Shown one piece after another: positions 8,647 to 18,416 of a stretch of DNA of 64,000 nt. How positions within the stretch are numbered: the first letter of the stretch is position 1; every line of letters begins with the position of its first letter. This DNA is from Fimbriimonadia bacterium (lineage in GTDB: Bacteria; Armatimonadota; Fimbriimonadia; Fimbriimonadales; JABRVX01): NCBI GenBank assembly GCA_039961735.1, contig JABRVX010000059.1:1-64000 (forward strand), in the 5' to 3' direction. The position numbers were made by a program, and so were the translations under genes. Under the pieces are notes generated by a model. It ran no database searches. It was not told the origin of the DNA and saw only the letters and a list, made by a program, of their open reading frames with translations.

Positions 8647-9533
8647 CGCAAGAGAGCTCAGCCGAGGAGACCAAGCCAGAGAAGCGCAAGTTTCAGCTCA
8701 AGATTCCGGAGCTGGAGACGCGCGATTGGGTTTTGATCGCGCTGCTCGTGTTCGCCGCCGTGGCGCCTTTCTGGAGAATGTGGGAATATGCCTGGGACCA
8801 GTGGTTCAAGGATACCGGCTACTATCAGCACGGTATCTTCGTGCCGTTGCTCATCGGCTACATGCTGTGGCGGCGATGGGAGGACCTCCGGCAGATAAGT
8901 GTGAACCCAGCCACATGGGCGATTGCCGTGGTAGTGCTTGGGGCGCTGGTCGGATGGTGGGGCAGCCGTGTTGATAGCCAGGTGGTTAGGCAGTTCGGGT
9001 TCATGGTATTCCTGTTCGGCTCTTGCCTGTATGTGCTGGGGACTAAGATGACCCGTGCCCTGCTCATGCCAATCATCCTCGTCGGCTTCATGCTTCCTTT
9101 GCCAGACCTCGTCTTCAGCCAGATGACGAACTCCGGTCAGGTGTACTCTACCAAGCTGGCGGTCAAGATGCTCGACTTCTTGGGCTATGAGCCGCACATG
9201 GTAAACAACTCCACAATCACACTGGACAACTACCAGATGGAAGTCGGGGTGCCCTGCAGCGGCTTCAAGCTGACGATGGCGCTACTGATGTTCGGGTTAT
9301 TCTTCTGTTCGATAGCCAAGTTCAACTGGTGGCGGTCGATCATCATGTTCTTGGTGTTGGTGCCCGTCGCGCTCATCGTGAACAGCTGGCGTGTGGGGAT
9401 GATCGGCATCTTTGGAGAACACTTCGGTGACGCTGCGGGCAAGCTGTTTCACGATTGGGGAAGCTACTTGGAGCTAGTGTTGGCATACGGTGCACTGTTC
9501 GGACTTGCGAGGTTGCTAGGATGGAAAGAGTGA
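8622..9533 (+). CDS. Exosortase (EpsH/XrtA-like)
   Basis: Polytopic membrane protein with conserved exosortase motifs VGVPCSGFKL (catalytic Cys), NSWRVG (Asn/Arg) and multiple TM helices. Overlaps the GtrA 3' end. Confidence 0.75.
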   Translation: MDISQEPITQESSAEETKPEKRKFQLKIPELETRDWVLIALLVFAAVAPFWRMWEYAWDQWFKDTGYYQHGIFVPLLIGYMLWRRWEDLRQISVNPATWAIAVVVLGALVGWWGSRVDSQVVRQFGFMVFLFGSCLYVLGTKMTRALLMPIILVGFMLPLPDLVFSQMTNSGQVYSTKLAVKMLDFLGYEPHMVNNSTITLDNYQMEVGVPCSGFKLTMALLMFGLFFCSIAKFNWWRSIIMFLVLVPVALIVNSWRVGMIGIFGEHFGDAAGKLFHDWGSYLELVLAYGALFGLARLLGWKE

Positions 9534-10177
9534 GAAAGCACGCGATAAACATCTTCATCATCATGCTGCTGTGTACGATCGCCATCGCCGTGACGCCAGT
9601 TCGTCGGTATCAGGTACCGAATCAGGAGTATTACGTCGAGCGGGTCCCCAAGAACATCGGCAACTTCTCCGCTCGCCACACCAGCGACATGAGGGAGGTA
9701 TGGGAAGCCCTTAGTCCGGACGGAATCGTGTGGTCGGTTTACGAGGGGCCGGGGGTTCAGTGGATTGATTTCGTGTTTCTTTCCGGGCGTTCATCGGACG
9801 CCTTTCACGACCCACAGCTCTGCTTCCGCAACCAGGGCTGGAATTTGGAGCCGCCCGTGGTGAAGCACATGCGGATCGACTCGCTCAGCCAGGACATACC
9901 GGTCAACGTGCTATCCATGACCAACACGAGCGGGGTCAAGGCGACGGCGATCTACTTCTTCATCGGCCCGTTCGGCTATACGGCCAATCCCTTCGTGATC
10001 AAGATGTCGCTGTTCGCCGCGAAGAGTCTCGGGATATCGGCGGGCCAGGGCTACTTCATCCGGTTCATCGTGCCCACTGAGACCTCGCAGGAAGACGATT
10101 TGGAGAAGATCCGACGCTTTGCCTCCGACATATTTGCTGTGCTGAAAACCACTTTGCCGGAGGCGATCAAGAGCTAA
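9521..10177 (+). CDS. EpsI family protein (exosortase-associated)
   Basis: Single N-terminal TM then a periplasmic domain. Position immediately after, and overlapping, the exosortase is the classic EpsH-EpsI arrangement. Confidence 0.6.
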   Translation: MERVRKHAINIFIIMLLCTIAIAVTPVRRYQVPNQEYYVERVPKNIGNFSARHTSDMREVWEALSPDGIVWSVYEGPGVQWIDFVFLSGRSSDAFHDPQLCFRNQGWNLEPPVVKHMRIDSLSQDIPVNVLSMTNTSGVKATAIYFFIGPFGYTANPFVIKMSLFAAKSLGISAGQGYFIRFIVPTETSQEDDLEKIRRFASDIFAVLKTTLPEAIKS

Positions 10178-10186
10178 GGGCTGCCC

Positions 10187-11752
10187 ATGTCGATTCATCA
10201 CCAGCTAGCCGAGATAACTCACAACATGCGACTGTCGGTCGCGAAGCAGCGGCGCGGCTGGTTCAATGCGGTCAGCCGTGAAGCGCGGTTCAACATCATC
10301 CTAGCGGTTCTGTGCCTGATAGCCGCAGCCGTCCTGCTGTATCTGATGGGGGACTTGGAAGGCAGGCCTCTGCGCATGGCGATCGGTTTCGTGGCCGGCC
10401 TGCTCGCGTTCGTATTGGTGGCGCGGGCGCCAGACTCGCTGATCGGTGTTGTTCTGATCCTCAACGCTACCATCTTCGGCTTTGGCGCGTTCAGCTCGAT
10501 GATGTTGAAGTTCAACGTCTTCGAGACGCAGGAGGTGGTACTCGGAGCACTGCTGGTCTTCGCGTTTTGGGAGCACTTGCGGCAGGGGAAGCAGGAACGT
10601 GCATCCGTGGATACGGTGTTTGTCTCGCTGCTGATCTTCTATGCGATCGTGCTCTTCCAGATACTGCGTGCCCAGTTCCTTCAGGGACGCGAGTGGGTAT
10701 ACATCTGGGACCAATACGGCAAGATGTGCCACTACCTCTTGCTTCTGCCGATGATCATCTATTTGCGCGACCCGGAACGTCTTCGGGTGTTCCTGTGGGT
10801 GCTGTTCATCGGTACTGGCGTCGCTGCTTGCCAGACCTACTACTTCTTCTTCTTCGGTGCCGGTGGTTGGGGGCACCTGTTCGGGTTGGTAGACGTCAGC
10901 GCCCGCGGAGTAGGATTGGCTGTTCGCCTGCCCAGTTCCATGTTGATGATGGGCATGACAATCGTCTGCTTCGCACTCTATCTGCACGTGGATGACGAGA
11001 AGAAACGGAAGTTCTATCTCTTCGCCATGCTGGCTTTCATGATCGCCGTGGGCATGAACAAGGGCAGGAACGCCTACGTCGGAGTGCTAATCGGTACCGC
11101 CACTTTGTGGGTCTTTTCGAGCCGTCAGGCCCGATGGCGGGCATTTAAGGATGCATTCTGGCTATCGGCGATCTTCTTTGCCGCTGCGGTGGCAATCCCG
11201 CCACTGGGAGCGAAGGTCATGAACGTAGCCGAGCAGATCGGGATTCGGTTCATGCAGACCTTCGACCCTGTCGAGTATGAGGCTGGTGGCTATCGCGACC
11301 GAATGCGTGAGGTGGAACAGGCGCTGCCGAGATTCTACGAACACCCCATCCTGGGTCAGGGGCCGGGGGAGTATCTGCGCAGAACGTACGAGGTGACACG
11401 ACTTGGCGCGCACAAGATCGTCTACCAGCCCTATGTGCACAACTCCTACGTGTATATTCTGGCGACTGGGGGAGTGCTTACGTCCGGGGCAATCCTCGGA
11501 ATGTTCGGGGTCTGGATCGTGACGAACCTAAGACGGGTGCGTAGGCTTCGCAACCCCTATGCGCGCGCTTTCGCGTGGGGGGGCGTGGCCTACATGCTGG
11601 CGATGTTAGCGAGTTCCTGGGTGCAGCCCAACTTCTTTCTGAACGCGCCTATCACTACCACAGTAGTAATCGTCGGATTAGCTGAAGCCGCCGCCAGACG
11701 TGATCTGGAGGAACAATCACGTCTCAAGACTGAAACCTTCAAAGCGGCGTGA
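10187..11752 (+). CDS. O-antigen ligase/polymerase family membrane protein (Wzy/WaaL-like)
   Basis: About 12 TM helices with a large loop containing HNSYVYILATGG, the O-antigen ligase-like His/Arg loop motif. Confidence 0.7.
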   Translation: MSIHHQLAEITHNMRLSVAKQRRGWFNAVSREARFNIILAVLCLIAAAVLLYLMGDLEGRPLRMAIGFVAGLLAFVLVARAPDSLIGVVLILNATIFGFGAFSSMMLKFNVFETQEVVLGALLVFAFWEHLRQGKQERASVDTVFVSLLIFYAIVLFQILRAQFLQGREWVYIWDQYGKMCHYLLLLPMIIYLRDPERLRVFLWVLFIGTGVAACQTYYFFFFGAGGWGHLFGLVDVSARGVGLAVRLPSSMLMMGMTIVCFALYLHVDDEKKRKFYLFAMLAFMIAVGMNKGRNAYVGVLIGTATLWVFSSRQARWRAFKDAFWLSAIFFAAAVAIPPLGAKVMNVAEQIGIRFMQTFDPVEYEAGGYRDRMREVEQALPRFYEHPILGQGPGEYLRRTYEVTRLGAHKIVYQPYVHNSYVYILATGGVLTSGAILGMFGVWIVTNLRRVRRLRNPYARAFAWGGVAYMLAMLASSWVQPNFFLNAPITTTVVIVGLAEAAARRDLEEQSRLKTETFKAA

Positions 11753-12957
11753 CACCCGCTACATTGCCTCCACTTCGTCTGGTTCTCGTTACTCGTGCTT
11801 ATGCCACTCATCGAATTGGTGGGTTGGAGAGGCACGCGAGGGACGTGGCAGAGGGGCTGGTAGCACGCGGTCACTCGGTGACGGTGTGGACAACCGCCCA
11901 CCCTGCCGAGTCCGGATGCCATTCGAATGAGAGTGTGTTCATTCGCTACTTCCCGGACACCGCACCGGGCCTCCACTCTCGGGAGTTCAACCAAGCGGTG
12001 GTACAGGCGCTTGCCGAGGATCACTCTTTCGACTTGATGCTGGTGGAGTCACGCTCGGCTGAGGCGGCTCTCGACAGGCTGCGTCCCCCGCAGCGCCCAC
12101 CGGCTATCATGTTCATCCACGGCACCGAGGTGTCCGAGGAGCTCTCGATCATCGCTTTCGACCGTGGCCCGGGGCGGTATCTTCGGTTGCTCACGCAGCG
12201 CCTGCCTGCAATGCTCCGCTCGCTCGCGCGCCCTCGGGCGCACTTCGCCGCCGAGAGAGTGGTGTGCGTGAGTCAATACGTGGCCGATCACCTTGCCTCG
12301 GTTTATCTGGCACCGCCCGAGGTGCTCCGCGTGGTCCGGAACGGCATACCGCTTCCCCCGATGCCTACCCAAGCCGATTGTAGGGCGGCACGAGAGCATC
12401 TCGGCTTGCCACAGGACGCGACAATCATCCTGTGCATCGGTCGTCTCGCTCCGGACAAAGGCTTTGACAATGCGATATGGGCTTTTGGTCGCGTGCAGCG
12501 AGACTATCCGTGCCTGCTGTTGATAGTTGGCGGAGGACCGGACGAGGAGCGGTTGCGGTCGCTAGTTGCATCGCTCGGACTCGGCAAGGTCGTGAGGTTC
12601 GCCGGCGAGGTGCCTCAGGCCGCGACGCCACCGTACTACGCTGCTTCGGACATTCTGCTGCTACCCGGTGTGCGGTACGAGGGTCATCCCTATGTACTCG
12701 TGGAGGGGGCAGCGATGGGGCTTGCCGTGATCGCCTCGGATCGCGCGGGCCTGGGTTCCGAGCTGGCCGGCGAAAAGATCGCACTCACCATCCGTCCCGG
12801 CAGTGTGGACGATCTCGCCGACGCGTTGAGAACACTACTCGGCTCCGCTGAACTTCGCCGGAGGATGGGAGGCGCCCTGCGCCGGCACGCAGAGCGCCAC
12901 TACACACTCGACGCAATGTTGGACGGCATCGAGGCCGTCATGTCCGAGTTGCTCTAG
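11749..12957 (+). CDS. Glycosyltransferase family 4 (GT-B, group 1)
   Basis: C-terminal EX7E-like region GEVPQAATPPYYAASDILLLPGVRYEGHPYVLVEGAAMGLAVIAS. GTG start overlaps the upstream stop. Confidence 0.8.
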   Translation: MTPATLPPLRLVLVTRAYATHRIGGLERHARDVAEGLVARGHSVTVWTTAHPAESGCHSNESVFIRYFPDTAPGLHSREFNQAVVQALAEDHSFDLMLVESRSAEAALDRLRPPQRPPAIMFIHGTEVSEELSIIAFDRGPGRYLRLLTQRLPAMLRSLARPRAHFAAERVVCVSQYVADHLASVYLAPPEVLRVVRNGIPLPPMPTQADCRAAREHLGLPQDATIILCIGRLAPDKGFDNAIWAFGRVQRDYPCLLLIVGGGPDEERLRSLVASLGLGKVVRFAGEVPQAATPPYYAASDILLLPGVRYEGHPYVLVEGAAMGLAVIASDRAGLGSELAGEKIALTIRPGSVDDLADALRTLLGSAELRRRMGGALRRHAERHYTLDAMLDGIEAVMSELL

Positions 12958-14426
12958 AAACCGTCGGGGCCACCAGGGACCGGAGGGCCACCGATCTTGG
13001 CCACTGCGGTATAGGTTTCGTAGTCGTACTCGAGGACCAGCGTGCCCTCAGCAGGCACCACGGCTTGCCATTCGACCTTGTACACCGCGTTCGGGTCGCC
13101 TGTGAACACTTGCGTATCCTTGACGACGCCCCCGCCTCCGACCTTCGTGAGTTTCCCGCGCACGGTTCGGGTGATCTTGATCGGGGCATCCGCTTTTCGG
13201 AAGTTGGTTACCTTCAGTGTGCCCTTCATGATGACGGGCAAGAACTGAGTCTGTCCGATGGTCACGACCTTGCCTCGCTCGACCTCGACATCGGTGCGCT
13301 CGGTGCGCAGTCCGATGCCACGGGCGAGTCGCAACTCCGCGAAGGAGCCGCTCGGGGTGTACTTGATGGTCTCCTGGCCGACTGGTTTGCCGTCCTCGAT
13401 TACGAACACGGGGCCGTTGGTGAAGGGCTGCCCTGAACGGTTCTCGATTTTCAGGATGTAGCTCAACTCGTCGCCATCGGCCAACCATTCGAACTGTGGG
13501 GTGACCGGCGTAGTGTGCTGGAAGATGGTGACCATCGCGATGTCGCCCTTCTCGAGCGAGAGGCTGGGCTTAGTGTAGTAGAACAGCTCGCCTGCCCCCT
13601 CGCCGGCCAACGAGACGAACGGGGGCGGGGGCATTGCCGTCATCCCGGGGGCCTTAGCGACAAAGCCTGCGTCACCCTTCTCGGCCTCCTTCGCCTCGGC
13701 CGGCTCCGTTCCGGCGACAAAGGTCTCGCCTTGGCCACGATTGGACAAATGCGGCGAGCCGACCACGAACAGCACGTCCGTGGAGTTGAGAGCTTCTGGT
13801 AGGTTCAGGATGTTGCCACGGAGGGTCAGCATGCCCATCCCCTTCCCTTTCATCTCCAAAACGTAACTCGGCTCCCAGCGAACACCTTCCTGGACGTAGC
13901 TCATGCCAATGGTGGTCACCTTCTCCTTGTCCTCGGTGGCCATCTTGATGCGCAACGGGTATCCGACCAACATGATCTTCTGGATCGAATCGTAACGGAT
14001 GGCGGTGAAAGCGCCGCCGATGTCCAGCAGGATCATATCGTCCAGCAGCTTGGAGAGCTTGCCGGAGAAGTTCTTGCCCGAGGCGTCGATCGAGAGCTGA
14101 AGGCCTATCTTGTTCTCCAGAGCTTTCTTGATTGCTTCCGCGCCCTTGGCATCTATCACGTTGCTCTTGACGGACTGAAGCAACTCGATGGAGTCTGCAG
14201 GGTCACCCGGATAGACCCAGATCGTTCCGCGCACTGCGGTCGGCACGGACTTTGCGGTGGCCCAGCCGTCCTCCAGCTTCACCCTTCCCTCTCGCACGTA
14301 GTAGCCGAAACCGTCCTGGAAGATGGCCACCGTCTTGAGAGAGGGCTCGAAGGCCATGTTTTTGGGATCATCGGCAATAGCCGAGCCTGCGATCAACAGC
14401 AGCCCGGCGAACATCGTCACACGCAT
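12954..14426 (-). CDS. Secreted hypothetical protein (DUF4139/mucoidy-inhibitor-like fold suspected)
   Basis: Signal peptide MRVTMFAGLLLIAGSAIA. GGAGGAG RBS 5 nt upstream. No recognisable catalytic motif; family assignment is from memory and weak. Confidence 0.5.
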   Translation of the reverse strand: MRVTMFAGLLLIAGSAIADDPKNMAFEPSLKTVAIFQDGFGYYVREGRVKLEDGWATAKSVPTAVRGTIWVYPGDPADSIELLQSVKSNVIDAKGAEAIKKALENKIGLQLSIDASGKNFSGKLSKLLDDMILLDIGGAFTAIRYDSIQKIMLVGYPLRIKMATEDKEKVTTIGMSYVQEGVRWEPSYVLEMKGKGMGMLTLRGNILNLPEALNSTDVLFVVGSPHLSNRGQGETFVAGTEPAEAKEAEKGDAGFVAKAPGMTAMPPPPFVSLAGEGAGELFYYTKPSLSLEKGDIAMVTIFQHTTPVTPQFEWLADGDELSYILKIENRSGQPFTNGPVFVIEDGKPVGQETIKYTPSGSFAELRLARGIGLRTERTDVEVERGKVVTIGQTQFLPVIMKGTLKVTNFRKADAPIKITRTVRGKLTKVGGGGVVKDTQVFTGDPNAVYKVEWQAVVPAEGTLVLEYDYETYTAVAKIGGPPVPGGPDGF

Positions 14427-14527
14427 ATGCTCCTCCGCTTCCTCACTTGAGGAAGGCTGCGGTCCATGTCGGCCGCACTCCCCCGCTTCTGCAGGATCGC
14501 CATCGCTTCCTGCAGAAGCTGCGAGAG

Positions 14528-15859
14528 ATGTTTCGTCGGTCCCCTTGGGTTTGGCCGATGGTCCTTCTGAGCGTGGTGTTCCTGGGACTGTGCACTGCGT
14601 ACAACTGGCGGACGCCGTATCGGACGGCCGGAACTTACGTGCCCAGCGGGCTCGAGATGCCCATCCGCGGCGACGTGGAGGCGATGGCAGCCGAGGTCAT
14701 ACCCGATATCGGCGCTCCGGACGAGCGGGCGCACGTCAACTACATCCGTCACCTGTTGAGCGAGCGCAGATTCCCCGTCTTTCGGGTGGGGGACGGAGAG
14801 GGCTACGAGAACCACCAACCGCCGCTTTACTACTTGTTGATGTTGCCAGTGGGGGCGGTCGCTGGCGACGACACGAAGGCGGAAGGGTTTCTGCTGCGGT
14901 TGGCCACCAGTCTGATCGCGCTGGGGGCGGTCTGGCTATGTTACTTCACGATGCGGCGCCTGGTCGCCTCGGATGTCTGGGCCGTGGCGGCCACCGCCTG
15001 TGCCGCACTTCTGCCGAGCTACATGGCGCTCAGCTCGTCGGTAAGCAACGATGCGTTGCTGATCCTACTCTTCTGCGCCGTGCTGCTGGTGTGCATCCAG
15101 GGCGGGCAGGACGGATGGACCTATCGGAAGGCTCTCGGTTGCGCGGTACTTTGCGGTCTGGCACTCCTCACCAAGACTTCCGGCGTAGTGCTGGTGGCGT
15201 TCGCGGTGCTGGCGGTGTTGCTCACGACATCGGGGGAGCGGGCGGGGAAGCGACTGGGGCTGGCGGTGATCGTTGGGTTGGTGGCCACCGTTATTGCAGC
15301 ACCTTGGCTGGCGCGGAACGCGTCGTTGTACAGCGACCCGCTAGGGTTGAAGATCTTCGAGGAGGGGTTCGCTGGCTCGCCGCGGGCGGAGACGTTCATC
15401 CAAGCGTTCGGGGGCGGGGCCTACTTGGTGCAGTGGGTCGGGTGGTGGACGCTCCGGTCATTGTTCGGCGTGTTCGGCTACGCGATGCTGCTTCTGCCGA
15501 GATGGGTCTACGTGTGCGGCGGCTTGTTGTTGCTGGTGTGCGCATGCGGGATGGTACGGGCTCGCGTTCGGGAATGCGACGCGAAGTTGAGGCGAGGCTG
15601 GGCTCTTTGTGGACTTCTCTTCGCCCTGGTGTTCCTGGGGTTCCTCAGGTTCAACATGACGTATTTCCAGGCGCAGGCGCGGTATCTGCTGCCGGCGCTG
15701 AGTGCTATGGCGCTGTTTCTCGGGGTGGGCTGGTTCACGTGGCTGCCGGAACGGCGCGTCGCTTTTGCGTTCGTGCTGCCGATGCTGATGCTGATGCTGA
15801 ACGTGTACGCGCTGGTTCTCCTCGGGCCGGCCTTCGACCAGATCGTCGTCCTGCGGTGA
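14528..15859 (+). CDS. GT-C glycosyltransferase, family 39/ArnT/PMT-like (polyprenyl-phosphate-sugar dependent)
   Basis: Multi-TM protein with the first-loop DE motif (IGAPDERAHVNYIRHL). ATG 14528 is the first ATG after an in-frame TTG at 14447. Confidence 0.7.
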   Translation: MFRRSPWVWPMVLLSVVFLGLCTAYNWRTPYRTAGTYVPSGLEMPIRGDVEAMAAEVIPDIGAPDERAHVNYIRHLLSERRFPVFRVGDGEGYENHQPPLYYLLMLPVGAVAGDDTKAEGFLLRLATSLIALGAVWLCYFTMRRLVASDVWAVAATACAALLPSYMALSSSVSNDALLILLFCAVLLVCIQGGQDGWTYRKALGCAVLCGLALLTKTSGVVLVAFAVLAVLLTTSGERAGKRLGLAVIVGLVATVIAAPWLARNASLYSDPLGLKIFEEGFAGSPRAETFIQAFGGGAYLVQWVGWWTLRSLFGVFGYAMLLLPRWVYVCGGLLLLVCACGMVRARVRECDAKLRRGWALCGLLFALVFLGFLRFNMTYFQAQARYLLPALSAMALFLGVGWFTWLPERRVAFAFVLPMLMLMLNVYALVLLGPAFDQIVVLR

Positions 15860-15917
15860 AGGGCGTCGGATGCTCGCACAGAGGCGTTGAGATTGCCCAG
15901 AGATCGCCATGGTAGCG

Positions 15918-15955
15918 TGGTCACGCCGTGCCTCCGCTGCTCCTGCAGCGGAGGC
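15918..15955 (+). terminator. Perfect 16-bp-stem hairpin (gccgtgcctccgctgc/tcc/tgcagcggaggcacggc) followed by a T-containing tract, downstream of the GT39 gene
   Basis: Inverted repeat read directly from sequence. Confidence 0.6.
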
Positions 15956-16124
15956 ACGGCTATTCGTTCTTGCCCCAGGAAGAGGAATCCCGTTCGAGGC
16001 GTATCGTAGGAGCACAGTGCAGTAGGCTGGGCGCAAGAACTTAGCGAATCGCAGCAAACTTTCGCCCGTAATCTTGCGGTGAAGGCTCGGATGTGATAGT
16101 ATTTGTCTACTGTTGAGGATACTG

Positions 16125-16841
16125 GTGAATGAGAAACAGATGGCGACCGTCTGGACCGCCTCACAACTAGAGACGGCTCTCGCCCAGCTAAGGAGCATTG
16201 TTTCCGCGCGCGTGATCATGGATGCACAAAACGGCGTGCGGGAGATTCACGCCCTCACGGAAGGGGACCGCACGCCCAAGCAGGTCGTGAGAGACATCGA
16301 GTCCGCGCTTCAGGCCAGGTTTGGGCTGCAGGTGGACCACAAGACGATCAGTATCGCCCAGGTGGAGGATCGTTCCTACCTGCGGGGCCGACTTCGCCTT
16401 GTCGAGGTCAGCCACTGGCTGGAGGGCCGCAGGGCTCGCGCCTCGGTGCAGGTGGAGCGGCACGGCAGACTGATCACCGGTAAGGCCGAGGGACAGCGTT
16501 CCAGTTTCAACCTGTTGCGCCTCCTCAGCGAAGCCACGATCGACGTGGTGGAGCGCGCGTGTGGTTTGTCCGACCGGTTCGCTCTACAGGACTTGACGAC
16601 GAACGTGTCGCTGGGCGGGCGGCAGGTCGTGGTGGTTGCGCTTAGCTTGGTGAGTAGCGGGCCGGAGGAAGTTCTCACAGGATCGGCGTTAGTTCAGGAC
16701 GGCGACGTTCATCGAGCCGTTGTACATGCTACACTGGATGCGCTGAACCGGCGGCTGGAGCGGCTTCCTACCGAAGCGACCGAGGAAGCAGACGAAGCCG
16801 CGGAGGCGAGCCTCCCGAGCGGGTCACGATTTGACAATTGA
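16125..16841 (+). CDS. Hypothetical protein with two internal alpha/beta repeats and an acidic C-terminal tail
   Basis: ORF 16113-16841. GTG 16125 has a GAGGA RBS 5 nt upstream; ATG 16140 is the alternative. No family recognised with confidence (faint Asp23-like pattern). Confidence 0.45.
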   Translation: MNEKQMATVWTASQLETALAQLRSIVSARVIMDAQNGVREIHALTEGDRTPKQVVRDIESALQARFGLQVDHKTISIAQVEDRSYLRGRLRLVEVSHWLEGRRARASVQVERHGRLITGKAEGQRSSFNLLRLLSEATIDVVERACGLSDRFALQDLTTNVSLGGRQVVVVALSLVSSGPEEVLTGSALVQDGDVHRAVVHATLDALNRRLERLPTEATEEADEAAEASLPSGSRFDN

Positions 16842-16934
16842 TATCCGGTAATCGAATTCGCGGGGTGACGGGCGCGAAGCGAAGCGGAAACAGAGCGGAG
16901 ACCTGACCACCTATTCCACAAGGGGGTACCGCTT

Positions 16935-17060
16935 ATGTTCTGGGCTCAGATCCTAGCGCTCCTCGCAGCGCTGTCTGCCCTACTGGGGGCTAAGTTCACT
17001 ATCTATCCCCCGGATGACGTTGAAGTGTCCGCTCCGCCCGTGATGGGTGGACACCCGTAG
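16935..17060 (+). CDS. Putative small membrane protein (41 aa: MFWAQILALLAALSALLGAKFTIYPPDDVEVSAPPVMGGHP)
   Basis: ATG preceded by AGGGGG, 8 nt upstream. Single hydrophobic helix. Lies just upstream of the HD-GYP gene. Below the 60-aa cutoff of the ORF track. Confidence 0.3.
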   Translation: MFWAQILALLAALSALLGAKFTIYPPDDVEVSAPPVMGGHP

Positions 17061-17129
17061 CGGCAGGAAGCACCTGCCTCCCTGCGCCCCCCCCGCGAAT
17101 GCCCAATCTGTGGAACTCGGAGCCCTGCA

Positions 17130-18416
17130 TTGTCATCGGGAAGCCTCTCGGCCGCCTCACAACGTCTCATCTGGACATCCGGCTTGCTCGGCGCGGTCTT
17201 GTTCACGGCGAGCTGGGTTCTCGTGCCTCCGCAGAGCATCGAATGGGGACCGCTACTCGTGTTCGCCACGATGTTCGTTCTGTCGGAGTGGCTGACGATC
17301 CCCATTGGCGAGCGTGGCGTGCAGGTGAGCGTTTCACTGCCCGTAGTGGCGGCTGTCGCCGTTCTGTACGGTCCTGCGGTCGCCGGACTGATGGACGTGT
17401 GTGGCACGGTTGTTGCGGGCGCATCGCGAACCCTCCGGTCGCGGTCGCGCCGCCGGCGCTGGATGTGGCTGCTGTTTAACTGCTCCCAGGCCGCGATGTG
17501 CGCATGTGCAGCGGGATTGGCTGCGTACTCGATCCGATCCATGCTCTCCGACGGGCTTGCGCTGGTGATCGCGGCACTGGTCGCGACTCTCGTCTACATC
17601 GTTCTCAACTCACTCATCGTCGCTTCGATGGAGGCCGCGCTGTCCGGCTCGACCGTGACTGCGAAGCTGGACGAGAAGCGACGAGTCATCGGCTACCAGT
17701 ATCTGCTCTACGCTCTGTTAGCTATCCTCGTGATGCATCTTGCAGCCACGGAGCGCGTATGGGTATCTGCTCTCTTCCTGCTCCCGATGTGGGCGGCATG
17801 GCAGTGTTTCCAGCTACGCGCTCTCTATGAGCGAGACTATCGGGAGACCATACGTGCACTCGGCCTCATGATCCAGAGAGCCCACCCTTACACGGGTGGG
17901 CACCTAGACCGAGTAGCCCTCCGCGCGGCGAGGACTGCGGAGCGTCTGGGCCTGCCACCCACCGACGTTGACCTGATGCAAGACGCTGCACTGTTGCACG
18001 ACGTGGGAAAGATCGCGGTGGACGAGGCGATTCTGAACTTCCCCGGGCCTCTCAACGAAGAGCAGTGGCGCGTTGTCCGGAAGCACACCGAGGTGGGTGC
18101 AGAGATCCTCGGTCGGATCCAACTGCTGGAGCCAATCGTGCCCTGGATTCGTGCGCACCACGAACGTCCGGACGGCAAAGGCTATCCGAACGGGTTGTCC
18201 GACGCGGAGATCCCCGTTCAGGCGAAAATCATCGCGGTGGTGGATGCCTACGACGCGATGGTAGGAGGTGACAGACCGGGGGAGCAGCGACCCTATCGCA
18301 AGCCTGTGAGCCCCGAGGAGGCTTTGGAAGAGCTACGCCGCTGCGCGGGTACCCAGTTCGACGCGCGAGTGGTGGAAGAGTTCGCGGCCACCCTGCGAGA
18401 AGAAGGCGTAGCATGA
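17130..18416 (+). CDS. Membrane-anchored HD-GYP domain c-di-GMP phosphodiesterase
   Basis: N-terminal region of about 240 aa with multiple TM helices, then an HD-GYP core (LLHDVGK ... HHERPDGKGYP). Start is TTG 17130 (putative; no in-frame ATG until 17268, which would begin inside a TM helix). Confidence 0.75.
   Translation: MSSGSLSAASQRLIWTSGLLGAVLFTASWVLVPPQSIEWGPLLVFATMFVLSEWLTIPIGERGVQVSVSLPVVAAVAVLYGPAVAGLMDVCGTVVAGASRTLRSRSRRRRWMWLLFNCSQAAMCACAAGLAAYSIRSMLSDGLALVIAALVATLVYIVLNSLIVASMEAALSGSTVTAKLDEKRRVIGYQYLLYALLAILVMHLAATERVWVSALFLLPMWAAWQCFQLRALYERDYRETIRALGLMIQRAHPYTGGHLDRVALRAARTAERLGLPPTDVDLMQDAALLHDVGKIAVDEAILNFPGPLNEEQWRVVRKHTEVGAEILGRIQLLEPIVPWIRAHHERPDGKGYPNGLSDAEIPVQAKIIAVVDAYDAMVGGDRPGEQRPYRKPVSPEEALEELRRCAGTQFDARVVEEFAATLREEGVA

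Noticed and set aside
14323-15915. 530-aa plus-strand ORF overlapping the GT39 gene in another frame
   Set aside because: It has Arg/Gly-rich junk composition. The alternative frame (14528-15859) gives a coherent multi-TM GT-C protein with the DE motif.
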